Positions 46,545-55,130 of a DNA stretch of 64,000 bases are shown one piece after another. Every line of letters starts with the position of its first letter. The first letter of the stretch is position 1. The notes below the pieces were generated by a model. It saw nothing but the letters and a program-made list of their open reading frames with translations. It was not told the origin of the DNA and searched no databases. Location: contig CALKLQ010000004.1 of NCBI GenBank assembly GCA_937992055.1, positions 9,136-73,135 on the forward strand. Reading direction: 5' to 3'. The DNA comes from an uncultured Clostridia bacterium (GTDB lineage Bacteria; Bacillota; Clostridia; Christensenellales; UBA1242). The position numbers and the translations under genes were made by a program.

Positions 46545-48002
46545 ATGAAAAAGAAGCTTTTAATTTTATCAATACTCTTTTCTTCAATAATGCTTGTTGG
46601 ATGTAATAACGAGGCAAAGTTTTCTAAAGACACCACGATAAATGACTTTAATGTTTCTGGTATGAAATTGGAAAGTGTAAAAGAAAATTTGACCAACCAA
46701 ATTAAAGCGAAAAATGAAAAGACAAAAATAACTTTAAAATATGATGATAAAAGCTATGAAATTTACGGTAAAGATTTACAACTGCCTAATGTTGAACAAA
46801 TTGTTCAAAATGCTTATGAACAGACAAAGCCAAAAGACGTTTTTGAAAAGATTGGCGTTAAGAAGAGGGATAAGTTTGTTAATGTAAGGGCAGAGGACAT
46901 GATGCAGGGGCTCAATCAAAAAATTGACGAGATTGCAAATCAAATCGAGTGTCAACCACAAGAGCCTGAAGTTGTCTTCAATCCACAAAAAGAAACCCCT
47001 TTTGAGGTTTCTAGTGAAAAGATGGGGGTTAGTGTAGACAAGGAAAAACTTTACACTTTAATAAACGAATCTCTTAAAACAGGCGACCAAGTTGACATTG
47101 AGATACCCGTTGTTTTAACATCCACAGAAACAACAAAAGATGAGGTGTTAAAAAATTTACAGGTGAGAGGAAGTTTTAGTACAAATTACTCTTCCTCGGT
47201 TGACGGAAGAAAACACAACGTTCAGCTTGCACTTTCCGCCTTCAATGGGTTGGTTGTAGAGCCAGAACAGGAAATTTCTTTTAATGAAATAGTGCAAAAA
47301 AATATAAATGACGATGATTTCCAAACCGCTAAAATAATATTAAATGGTCAATTTGTTGATGGTAAGGGCGGAGGAATTTGTCAGGCATCAACTACCCTTT
47401 ACAACGCACTTTTGATGGCTGACTTAGAAATTTTGGAGGTGAACCCACATTCCTTGCCAGTTGGCTATGTATATCTTGGTTTTGATGCTATGGTGAATCG
47501 AGGAAGCTCCGATTTAAGATTTAAAAATAACACAGCTTATCCAATTTACTTTAAAACTTGGGGAGATGAAACAGATGCCTATGTTGAGGTGTATGGACAA
47601 CCATGGGAGGATGGACTAAGTGTTAGACGTAGGGCAGAATTTGTGGGAACTATTCCTCATAATGGAGATAAAATCATTCCAGATACAGAAGGATTGTACA
47701 AGGATAAAATAACCTTTAAGGGAGAGTACTATAGAGTTAAGTATCCATGTGAGGGTTATGAGGCAAAAGCATATATAGATTATTTAAAAGATGGCGAAGT
47801 TTTAGAAGAAAAATTTATTAGACATGAAAAATATGGTCCAACTCAAGGAATAATCTATGAGGGCACAGAGGACCTTATTGAGGGGTTAACCCTTCCAGAA
47901 AACGATGTGAAGTATATTCCGCCACAAAGTCAAACCCAAACTAACGGTGAAACTGTAACAGAAAAAATACAAAATACAAACCCTCCTAAATATAATCCAT
48001 AG
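46545..48002 (+). CDS. VanW-family lipoprotein
   Basis: Lipobox MLVGCNN and VanW core GGGICQASTTLYNALLMADLEI. Confidence 0.85.
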   Translation: MKKKLLILSILFSSIMLVGCNNEAKFSKDTTINDFNVSGMKLESVKENLTNQIKAKNEKTKITLKYDDKSYEIYGKDLQLPNVEQIVQNAYEQTKPKDVFEKIGVKKRDKFVNVRAEDMMQGLNQKIDEIANQIECQPQEPEVVFNPQKETPFEVSSEKMGVSVDKEKLYTLINESLKTGDQVDIEIPVVLTSTETTKDEVLKNLQVRGSFSTNYSSSVDGRKHNVQLALSAFNGLVVEPEQEISFNEIVQKNINDDDFQTAKIILNGQFVDGKGGGICQASTTLYNALLMADLEILEVNPHSLPVGYVYLGFDAMVNRGSSDLRFKNNTAYPIYFKTWGDETDAYVEVYGQPWEDGLSVRRRAEFVGTIPHNGDKIIPDTEGLYKDKITFKGEYYRVKYPCEGYEAKAYIDYLKDGEVLEEKFIRHEKYGPTQGIIYEGTEDLIEGLTLPENDVKYIPPQSQTQTNGETVTEKIQNTNPPKYNP

Positions 48003-48074
48003 AAGTTAGATTTAGCTTAAAAGTTTAGAAAATTGCTTTAAATAATGAAAAAAATGTTAGATTTTCATTTATAA

Positions 48075-48112
48075 AAGGGAGATGTCTTATTAAGCAATAA
48101 GATATCTCCCTT
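48075..48112. terminator. bidirectional terminator between the vanW-like gene and the minus-strand gltX operon
   Basis: aagggagatgtcttatt-aagc-aataagatatctccctt: 17-bp stem with one mismatch. Confidence 0.8.
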
Positions 48113-48147
48113 AAATTATTTTTATTAAATTTTGATAGGTTTAGGTT

Positions 48148-48573
48148 TTATTCAAAATTTTTGATATATTCTTTGAATGCCATTTTTGCATCATATGCAT
48201 CTTCATCGCTATATCCATTTTCAATAGAAATTTCCTCACCTGATTCATTGCAAAGGGTGTCGTTTCGATATTTAGGTCTTATAAAGTCGCCTTCAATAAT
48301 GACCTCATATAAAGTTTCGTCTTCCAAGGTGAGTTTCTTACTATACTTTCTGTAAACAAATTTTTGCTTGTTTTTTGCTTGTGGAGACTTTTTTTTAGGT
48401 TTATTGTAATTTTTGCTATAAGACACAACGCAATTTTTTTTTGCCTCATTATACGCTGCTATTGCAGCCTCTTCATCTTCTGAGGAGTATCCATTTCTTT
48501 CAGTTATAGGTCTGCCAGAACCATCACATAAAATTCCATTTATGAAAACCATTCCATTAATTTCTTCACGCAT
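48148..48573 (-). CDS. hypothetical protein with an internal duplication
   Basis: ATG at 48573 is preceded by AAGGAAAA, and the ORF-track TTG at 48621 is an alternative start. Two copies of C(D/N)xSGxxIxxxNGYSxEDxxxAxxAxxE(A/Y) are separated by a K-rich linker. Confidence 0.55.
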   Translation of the reverse strand: MREEINGMVFINGILCDGSGRPITERNGYSSEDEEAAIAAYNEAKKNCVVSYSKNYNKPKKKSPQAKNKQKFVYRKYSKKLTLEDETLYEVIIEGDFIRPKYRNDTLCNESGEEISIENGYSDEDAYDAKMAFKEYIKNFE

Positions 48574-48638
48574 AGTTTTTTCCTTTGAAATTATTTTATC
48601 AAATATTGACGTTTCAGTCAATACGCATTTTTTAACAA

Positions 48639-50294
48639 CTACTCAGCCTTTAAAAGGGATAGACACTTTTGAATTTTTGATTTTGTGTTATCTTTTAAGA
48701 TGGTGCAAATTGTCCAAAGGTCTGGAGAGTTTTTTCTTTGACTTATTGCCACTCTAAGCATGGTGCAAACATCTGCCACATTTCCTTTGTAGGCGTTTGG
48801 ATTTTTTTTGTATTCTTTGTTGTCAATACAAAAGCCAAGTTTTTCTGCCATTATTTTAATTTTATCAAACCATGTCTGTTTGTCATCGTTATAATCAAAG
48901 ATTGAAAGATAACTTTCTAAAACCATTGCCATATCATTCTTGTTAATTCCAATAAGCTCATAGTCTTGAAGCTTGCAAGAATTTTCAAAAAACATATAGT
49001 TAAAGAAGGATTTAAAGTCGCCATACTTTGCAAAATCTTTTCTCTTTTTTTCGCCCGTTCTGTCTATAGAAAAAACTTTAATTGCATATTCTTTGTTGTC
49101 TTTCAAAATATTATAAAATTCAACATCAAATTCTTTTGAATACTCACAAACTCTGTCATAAACTTGCTCCGCAGAAAGGTTGGCTATGATATTTTTTGAA
49201 ATGTCACAGAGTTTTGCCATGTCAAATAGGGGATTTGAGCTTCCTATCTTGTCTATTTGGAAATTGAAATTTTTATAGCTCTCCTCTGGGTTATTGAGTC
49301 TCCAAATCTCGTAGTTACTGTTGGCAAGAGTCAAAAGATATTCTAAAACTGCCTCTTTTGGAAATCCATTTGTCTTGAAGAACCTCATATCAGCTTCAGG
49401 GTCTTTTCTTTTGCTCATTTTTCGTTTGTTGCCAGTTTCTTCATCAATTTTACAAATTAAAGGTGTGTGAATATATTTTAATCTTTCAAAGCCAAGGGCA
49501 TCAAAGATTTCTAGATGTGCGGGAAGGGAGGCGAACCATTCATTTCCTCTTACCACTACGCTTGTCCCCATTAAATGATCATCAACAGCGTGGGCGAAGC
49601 AGTAGGGTGGTATTCCGTTGTTTTTAATTAATACAATATCTTTACAATTGGCAGGCATTTCCCTTTCACCACCAATAAGGTCGTATGTTAAAATTTTATC
49701 ATCCTTTTCCCCTTTAGATTTGAGCCTTAGGGCAAATGCTTTGCCTTGTTTTAAGTTGTTTTCAATCTGTTCAAAACTAAGGTTTCTACAAACATCTTTG
49801 TGTTCTAGTTCCTCATTTTCTTGAAGCATTTGTCTTCTGTTTTCTTTTATCTCTTCCAAAGAATGGGTCTGTTCACAAAAACAAGGGAAGGCAAGTCCAC
49901 GTCTTACAAGTTCTTTTGCATAAGTCTTGTAAATATCAAGTCTTTGGCTTTGGATGTATGGACCATATTCACCCTTTTGTCCTTCCAAAGTCAAACCCTC
50001 ATCAATTTCTATTCCATACTCTTTAAGTATTCCAAGAGCGACATCTCCGCTTCCTTCAATCTCTCTTTTTTTGTCGGTATCTTCAAGCCTAAAGTAAAAG
50101 ATTCCGTTTGAATTTGAGGCAATAAGTCTATCAATAAATGCGGAAAAAAAGTTTCCAATATGCAGGTAGCCGGTTGGGCTAGGCGCGAATCTTGTAACCA
50201 GTCCACAAGTTGTTCTCTTAGGATATTTTTTTTCATAATATTCGGGTGATTTTGCATTTGGGTATAAAAGGTTGGCTAATTTTTCGTAATCCAT
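48639..50294 (-). CDS. gltX: glutamate--tRNA ligase (long form)
   Basis: RFAPSPTGYLHIGN (HIGH) and RKMSKRK (KMSKS). ATG at 50294 is preceded by GGAG, so the ORF-track TTG at 50306 is less likely. Confidence 0.88.
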   Translation of the reverse strand: MDYEKLANLLYPNAKSPEYYEKKYPKRTTCGLVTRFAPSPTGYLHIGNFFSAFIDRLIASNSNGIFYFRLEDTDKKREIEGSGDVALGILKEYGIEIDEGLTLEGQKGEYGPYIQSQRLDIYKTYAKELVRRGLAFPCFCEQTHSLEEIKENRRQMLQENEELEHKDVCRNLSFEQIENNLKQGKAFALRLKSKGEKDDKILTYDLIGGEREMPANCKDIVLIKNNGIPPYCFAHAVDDHLMGTSVVVRGNEWFASLPAHLEIFDALGFERLKYIHTPLICKIDEETGNKRKMSKRKDPEADMRFFKTNGFPKEAVLEYLLTLANSNYEIWRLNNPEESYKNFNFQIDKIGSSNPLFDMAKLCDISKNIIANLSAEQVYDRVCEYSKEFDVEFYNILKDNKEYAIKVFSIDRTGEKKRKDFAKYGDFKSFFNYMFFENSCKLQDYELIGINKNDMAMVLESYLSIFDYNDDKQTWFDKIKIMAEKLGFCIDNKEYKKNPNAYKGNVADVCTMLRVAISQRKNSPDLWTICTILKDNTKSKIQKCLSLLKAE

Positions 50295-50306
50295 TTTTTT
50301 CTCCAA

Positions 50307-51272
50307 TTAAATTAAATCTTTTGTAAAATTCGCAAAATTATTGCACGCCTCAACAAAGTTGTCAACCGTATTAGTATAGGCAACTAGGGAAGGGTTTTTA
50401 GCTTTATATGACTCGCTGTCTTTGTGATATTCATCTAAATTGATTTTATCAAGAGCTAACAAAAACCTATCTTGTTCAACATCAAACACCTTTTTGAAAT
50501 TTAGCCATTTAGAATATTTTTCATAGCTTGTTTCTAAGGGCATTTCTTGGTTTTTCAAATCACTAGCAAGAGTTAATAAAGCTGTGCTTGAACCTTTAAA
50601 TTCGCCATCAAACGCCCTCATGGTAAGGTCGATAAAGTTGTTGGTTATAGAGTTTATTGCATAGCTTGTTGCCAAACTTACAATCGCTTTATCTTTTTCA
50701 AAATCTTCTTGGGTTTGTGGCAGGGTTTGATAACCAGCTTGATAGGCATTGTTGAAGGTTTTGTTAAAAGTTTCTAAAGAATATAAAAATTTTGAATATT
50801 CTTTTTTGAACTCTCTAAGCTTTTGTTTGGCGAAGCTAGACTCTTCGTTTTCATAAACGGCTTGTTCAAAAACTTGCTTTGAATTTAAAAATTCATTTGT
50901 GTTTTGTTTTAGTGTGTCCAGTTGGTTTTGTAAAGCTTCAAATTTTTGTTTTATATCGTTTGAATTTTTGTCGTTTAATAAAATAGGTTTAACTGAAAAC
51001 ACATCACAAAGTGAGTTAAATTCAAATAAAAGATTTCTATAAATTGGTTCGTAAACCTCTTTAAGTGTTTGGCTAAGACTTGAGTTTTCAATAAATGGAG
51101 TATAGGACAAGGCTTGTCCTGAGGTTAAAAATGCATATTTTTCATCGTTTTTAAATTCCTCTATCTTTTGATAGGTTGGTGTCCAAAAATCTTGGTTTTC
51201 TTTACATCCAGAAAGCCAAATTGCGCTTAAACAAATAGGTATCATTAAAAATATTGCTAAAAATTTTTTCAT
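50307..51272 (-). CDS. helical lipoprotein, unknown function
   Basis: Lipobox IWLSGCKE. N/Q/K/E-rich and predicted helical. RBS GAAGGAGG lies inside the end of the upstream gene. Confidence 0.65.
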   Translation of the reverse strand: MKKFLAIFLMIPICLSAIWLSGCKENQDFWTPTYQKIEEFKNDEKYAFLTSGQALSYTPFIENSSLSQTLKEVYEPIYRNLLFEFNSLCDVFSVKPILLNDKNSNDIKQKFEALQNQLDTLKQNTNEFLNSKQVFEQAVYENEESSFAKQKLREFKKEYSKFLYSLETFNKTFNNAYQAGYQTLPQTQEDFEKDKAIVSLATSYAINSITNNFIDLTMRAFDGEFKGSSTALLTLASDLKNQEMPLETSYEKYSKWLNFKKVFDVEQDRFLLALDKINLDEYHKDSESYKAKNPSLVAYTNTVDNFVEACNNFANFTKDLI

Positions 51273-51273
51273 T

Positions 51274-52170
51274 TTATGCCTCCTTCAAAAATGCGATGGC
51301 ATTGTTTATTTTTATTAATTTGTCTTCCTCTTGGTCTTGTTTGATTTCACCTTCTAGGTTAGTACCTAGTTTTAAAAGGTCTGTGTTTAAATCTAACAAA
51401 TTTAAGTCTTCTAAAAGTTCATTATAAAATTCAAGATTTTTATAAAATAACCTGCTTTGGCTTTCAAGCTTGTTTGAAAAACCTAATAAAATTTTACTAT
51501 TATTAAAAAGGTCAAAGGCTTGGAGATTTGAATTTTTTTGCAAATTGTTCCAAACGGTTAATATAGAAAGCATTTTGCAAGAGAGTGGATTCAATGTGAC
51601 ATCCTGCTCTAACTCTAAAACTATTTGAGTTGATTTATCCACAAATTCATAAAAATTGTTGATTAATTTGTTGTTTAAATCATAGAGAGCAAAAATATAG
51701 GTGTTTGTTGTTTTTGCTGTTGGGTTTGACGACTCCAAAAACAAATTTAATTGGGAAGAGATGTAATTTGAAGTGTCTTCAAGTTGCTCATTCATTTGCT
51801 TTAAAAGCTTTTTCATTGCTCTGCAATTAGAGTTGTAGAGTTTGGTATTTGAGGCATAGGCAAGCTTGTTTGAGTTAAAATTATTGATTTTCTCAAGGGA
51901 CTTTAAAACATTATAAGTTTTTTCTAAATTGTAATAGGCATCCAAATTTAACTCTGGGTCCTCTTTTAATGAGGAACAAAGTTGAGATAAATTTTGATTT
52001 ACCTCAAATTGTTCCTTAAATTTTTGGTTGCTATTCAATTCGAGAGTATATGAATAGGCGTCTAAAGCTTTAGGTTTTGGAAAAATCAGAAAAACGGCAA
52101 GCAAAACGAGCGTTGCCACAACGACAAATATAATTATGTATTTTAAAATAGATTTTGCTTTTGTGCTCAT
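51274..52170 (-). CDS. TM-anchored helical protein, unknown function
   Basis: N-terminal TM helix ILKYIIIFVVVATLVLLAVFLIF. RBS AGGAGG. Composition is similar to the downstream lipoprotein. Confidence 0.65.
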   Translation of the reverse strand: MSTKAKSILKYIIIFVVVATLVLLAVFLIFPKPKALDAYSYTLELNSNQKFKEQFEVNQNLSQLCSSLKEDPELNLDAYYNLEKTYNVLKSLEKINNFNSNKLAYASNTKLYNSNCRAMKKLLKQMNEQLEDTSNYISSQLNLFLESSNPTAKTTNTYIFALYDLNNKLINNFYEFVDKSTQIVLELEQDVTLNPLSCKMLSILTVWNNLQKNSNLQAFDLFNNSKILLGFSNKLESQSRLFYKNLEFYNELLEDLNLLDLNTDLLKLGTNLEGEIKQDQEEDKLIKINNAIAFLKEA

Positions 52171-52179
52171 AAAATCCTC

Positions 52180-52560
52180 CTAGGAAACAAATTTAAATAC
52201 AAATGAAATGTTATAGCTATACCCAGATGAAATGGAATTGATTCCAGAAGCAGATAAATAAATGCAATCATTATCATCTAGATTGGAGTCAAAAAGGGTG
52301 GCGCTACTAAAAATAACTCTCGTAGTTTCATTTACGACTGCCTCATTTTTATCATAACTGTAATACATTCTTAGAGCATACTTAATTTTAAAATCAGCCA
52401 CGCCATTTTCAATATCAAATGAAAAACTGTCGTTATAATTTAATATATTAGTTGGAACCTGCTTTTCCACATATTGGGTGGAATCTCTTTCGATTATTTG
52501 TGTGTCGTTAAAAAAGACGGTTATTCCACTAAACTTTGACGCAGTTTTTGCCCGAGACAA
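52180..52560 (-). CDS. beta-rich 126-aa ORF, possibly the C-terminal part of the upstream lipoprotein gene
   Basis: Only a TTG start with no RBS. Overlaps the upstream ORF by 32 nt in the +1 frame. Confidence 0.45.
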   Translation of the reverse strand: MSRAKTASKFSGITVFFNDTQIIERDSTQYVEKQVPTNILNYNDSFSFDIENGVADFKIKYALRMYYSYDKNEAVVNETTRVIFSSATLFDSNLDDNDCIYLSASGINSISSGYSYNISFVFKFVS

Positions 52561-52978
52561 TGTAATTAAAATTATTTGTTGGAAGGGAAATTATGCTGGT
52601 TGGGGTGAGTAAAATTTCTTCCAGCTTTAATTTTCCAGAAAGCAAAACTGCCTCTTTTGCAACAAAATCGATGGAAGTTTGAGGGCTTGCAGCAATCATT
52701 TTTGGGGTAAATTTATAACCTTGTTTAACCGCAAAAATTTCTAGTTCTTTTTTTTGAGAGGTGAAGGTGAATTCTCCATTTTCATCTGTGGTCGCATAAT
52801 GATTTACATTGTCCACAATTTTTACGCCTTCAAGACCTTCGCCTTGAAAGGTCACCTTTCCAAAATAGGTTAGATAATTGCCTTTATCAAAAGAAATCTT
52901 GCATCCAGTGAAAATGAACTGAACACAAAATATCATCAAAAAAGCTAAGATAAAAAGATGTTTTTTAATAAGGTTCAC
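52529..52978 (-). CDS. lipoprotein with carboxypeptidase-regulatory-like beta-sandwich domain
   Basis: Lipobox IFTGCKI. GKVTFQGEGLEGVKIVDNVNHYATTDENGEFTF pattern as in CarboxypepD_reg-like domains. GTG start. Confidence 0.6.
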   Translation of the reverse strand: MNLIKKHLFILAFLMIFCVQFIFTGCKISFDKGNYLTYFGKVTFQGEGLEGVKIVDNVNHYATTDENGEFTFTSQKKELEIFAVKQGYKFTPKMIAASPQTSIDFVAKEAVLLSGKLKLEEILLTPTSIISLPTNNFNYIVSGKNCVKV

Positions 52979-53050
52979 CCCATCTTAATTATAGTCATGA
53001 AACAACTGAAAATATACATCAACATCTATATAGTAAATGCTAATATAATA

Positions 53051-53079
53051 ATTATAACAATAAACAATAAAGAATGCAA
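53051..53079 (-). promoter_or_regulatory. sigma-A-type promoter of the envelope-protein/gltX operon
   Basis: On the minus strand: TTGCAT, 17-nt spacer, TATAAT. About 70 nt upstream of the GTG at 52978. Confidence 0.55.
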
Positions 53080-53134
53080 TAAAGTTTACAAAATTTGCAG
53101 TAAAAGGGCTGGTAAAAAAAACATAAGTTATAAA

Positions 53135-53171
53135 ATAGCTCCAAATGTTAATAAAAACAATTTGGAGCTAT
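53135..53171. terminator. terminator downstream of the two-gene module
   Basis: atagctccaaat ..13 nt.. atttggagctat, with flanking A/T runs. Confidence 0.7.
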
Positions 53172-53189
53172 TATATTTTTTTATTAATC

Positions 53190-53567
53190 TTAAGGTTTAT
53201 CAAAAAAGGCAAACATATTTGAAAGTTGTCCAATGCACATTATAAAATCAAAAAATTTATCCATAAAGGTGTTTTCATTTGGTATTTCAGCAAGGAGGGT
53301 GCCGCCACTAATTGAAAAACCATAAATTTTCAACACATTAGAAATGCACATTTTCACATCAGTTGAAGAAAGTTCGTACAAGTCATTCATGTATTTTAAG
53401 GTGGATTTATTGTCTGTTAAAAACACCTTTCCAGAACGTTCTTCCAATCTAAGATCAATCTCTTTACCATTTAAAAAAGTTGCTTCTGTCTTGATTGTAT
53501 AGCCCTTGTCTGTCTTTTGAAAAACTATACAATTTTTTGATTTTTCAATTAAATTTTCAATTTTCAT
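53190..53567 (-). CDS. DUF1828-like protein (tentative)
   Basis: Strong RBS GAGGAG. The pattern FLNGKEIDLRLEERSGKVFLTDNKSTLKYM...VLKIYGFSISGGTLLAEI resembles my recollection of DUF1828. Confidence 0.5.
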   Translation of the reverse strand: MKIENLIEKSKNCIVFQKTDKGYTIKTEATFLNGKEIDLRLEERSGKVFLTDNKSTLKYMNDLYELSSTDVKMCISNVLKIYGFSISGGTLLAEIPNENTFMDKFFDFIMCIGQLSNMFAFFDKP

Positions 53568-53605
53568 AATTTCTCCTCATTTAATAAAAGTTTATCATTA
53601 TTGTT

Positions 53606-54388
53606 TTAATTTGGCAAATTATTAATCAAATTTTTGTCAGTAGTTTTGCAAATTATATTTTGTGGAGCATGAAAGTTAAATCGTTTCATGACATAATCAT
53701 GATATTCTTGTAGATTTTTAAGTAATGGAGCTTTTTCCACATCATAGTGACCAACAAGGTCAAAGCTTGGGAAAACCACGGCAAATTTTTCGCTATAAAA
53801 ATGTTCATGAGGACCCAAAACACTTACTTTTTTATTTGCAATTTTTCCATGGTCGAAGCGATTGACATGAGGACATTTGGGATTTATATCAAGTCTATAG
53901 GCAAGAAGTGGGAACCCTTTAAAATGAATATGCACGCTTATGCTATTAAATTCCTTATTTTCTTTTTCATTTTTTATATATGTTGTGATTGTGCTGATGC
54001 TAAAAAGAACTTTTTTACCCTTATAGTTTCCAAAGAAATATTCTATTTCATGCTTGTAAATTTTATTTTTTTTGCTTTCATACACTGTATTGCAAAATGC
54101 TTTTTGCTTTTCGCAAGACATCATGCCATTGAATATGTTTTGCCTTAAAACTAAAAACTGTTTTTGCTGAATTGAAAACTGGTTCATTCCTTCAATTTCA
54201 TCTTGTTTTGAAAAATTAAAATCTTTATTTATATCAAAGCCCAGCTTTTTAGACACCTCAAATATGAGTTTTTCCTTATTCTTTTCGTAGCCGGAATAAA
54301 GCCGTTTTTGCAAAAACTCTCTCTCATTGATATTGAGTTTGTAAGTTGCTTTTTTGAAAAGAATGGAGCTTAGGCTATTTTGTTTCAT
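53606..54388 (-). CDS. hypothetical 260-aa protein with a His-rich cluster
   Basis: ORF with no obvious SD sequence. HIHFKG..PKCPHVNRFDHGK..LGPHEHFYS cluster. No family recognised. Confidence 0.55.
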   Translation of the reverse strand: MKQNSLSSILFKKATYKLNINEREFLQKRLYSGYEKNKEKLIFEVSKKLGFDINKDFNFSKQDEIEGMNQFSIQQKQFLVLRQNIFNGMMSCEKQKAFCNTVYESKKNKIYKHEIEYFFGNYKGKKVLFSISTITTYIKNEKENKEFNSISVHIHFKGFPLLAYRLDINPKCPHVNRFDHGKIANKKVSVLGPHEHFYSEKFAVVFPSFDLVGHYDVEKAPLLKNLQEYHDYVMKRFNFHAPQNIICKTTDKNLINNLPN

Positions 54389-54429
54389 ATGTTTAGTGTA
54401 GCATGGTTATTTTTAAAATTCAATATGTT

Positions 54430-54459
54430 TTGACAATTTTCCACCTTAAGTGATATAAT
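54430..54459 (+). promoter_or_regulatory. sigma-A-type promoter of ung (leaderless or near-leaderless transcript)
   Basis: TTGACA, 18-nt spacer, TGaTATAAT. The -10 element ends 8 nt before the ATG at 54468, and there is no SD sequence. Confidence 0.6.
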
Positions 54460-54467
54460 TTTCTTGT

Positions 54468-55127
54468 ATGATAAAGATAGCAAAAAATTGGTTTGAAATT
54501 TTACGCCAAGAATTTGAAAAACCTTATTTTAAAAGTTTGCAGAACTTTTTGAGTGAAGAATATAGCAAAAAAACTATTTATCCACAAATGGATAACATTT
54601 TTAATGCTTTAAACTACACAAAGTTTGAAGATGTTAAGGTGGTGATTTTTGGACAAGACCCCTATCATGGTCCTGGGCAGGCTCATGGACTAGCCTTTTC
54701 GGTTTTAGATGGTGTGGCACTTCCGCCCTCTCTTAAAAATATATTTAAGGAAATTGAAGATGAGCTTAATATAAAGTGTTTTGATAGTGGCAATCTAGCT
54801 CGCTGGGCAAGGCAGGGAGTGCTTCTTTTAAACACGGTTTTAACCGTGGAACAATCAAAACCCAACTCACATAAAAACAAGGGATGGGAAATTTTCACTC
54901 AAGAGATAGTAAAAAAACTTTCCATGCGTGAAGATAAACTTATTTTTGTTTTGTGGGGAGCAAATGCCAGGGTGTTTGAGCCTTTAATTTCTCCTAGACA
55001 TGTGATATTAAAAAGTGCACATCCAAGTCCTCTCTCAGCCTTTAATGGTTTTTTTGGCAATGGACATTTCGCCAAAATAAATCAAATTTTGATTGAGGAA
55101 AACAAAACACCTATTGATTGGAGGTAA
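54468..55127 (+). CDS. ung: uracil-DNA glycosylase (family 1)
   Basis: GQDPYHGPGQAHGL and AHPSPLSA motifs. Confidence 0.93.
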   Translation: MIKIAKNWFEILRQEFEKPYFKSLQNFLSEEYSKKTIYPQMDNIFNALNYTKFEDVKVVIFGQDPYHGPGQAHGLAFSVLDGVALPPSLKNIFKEIEDELNIKCFDSGNLARWARQGVLLLNTVLTVEQSKPNSHKNKGWEIFTQEIVKKLSMREDKLIFVLWGANARVFEPLISPRHVILKSAHPSPLSAFNGFFGNGHFAKINQILIEENKTPIDWR

Positions 55128-55130
55128 ATT

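Noticed and set aside
52958-53245. 95-aa plus-strand ORF
   Set aside because: It spans the promoter and terminator spacer, has AT-rich low-complexity translation, and overlaps the 3' end of the DUF1828-like gene.
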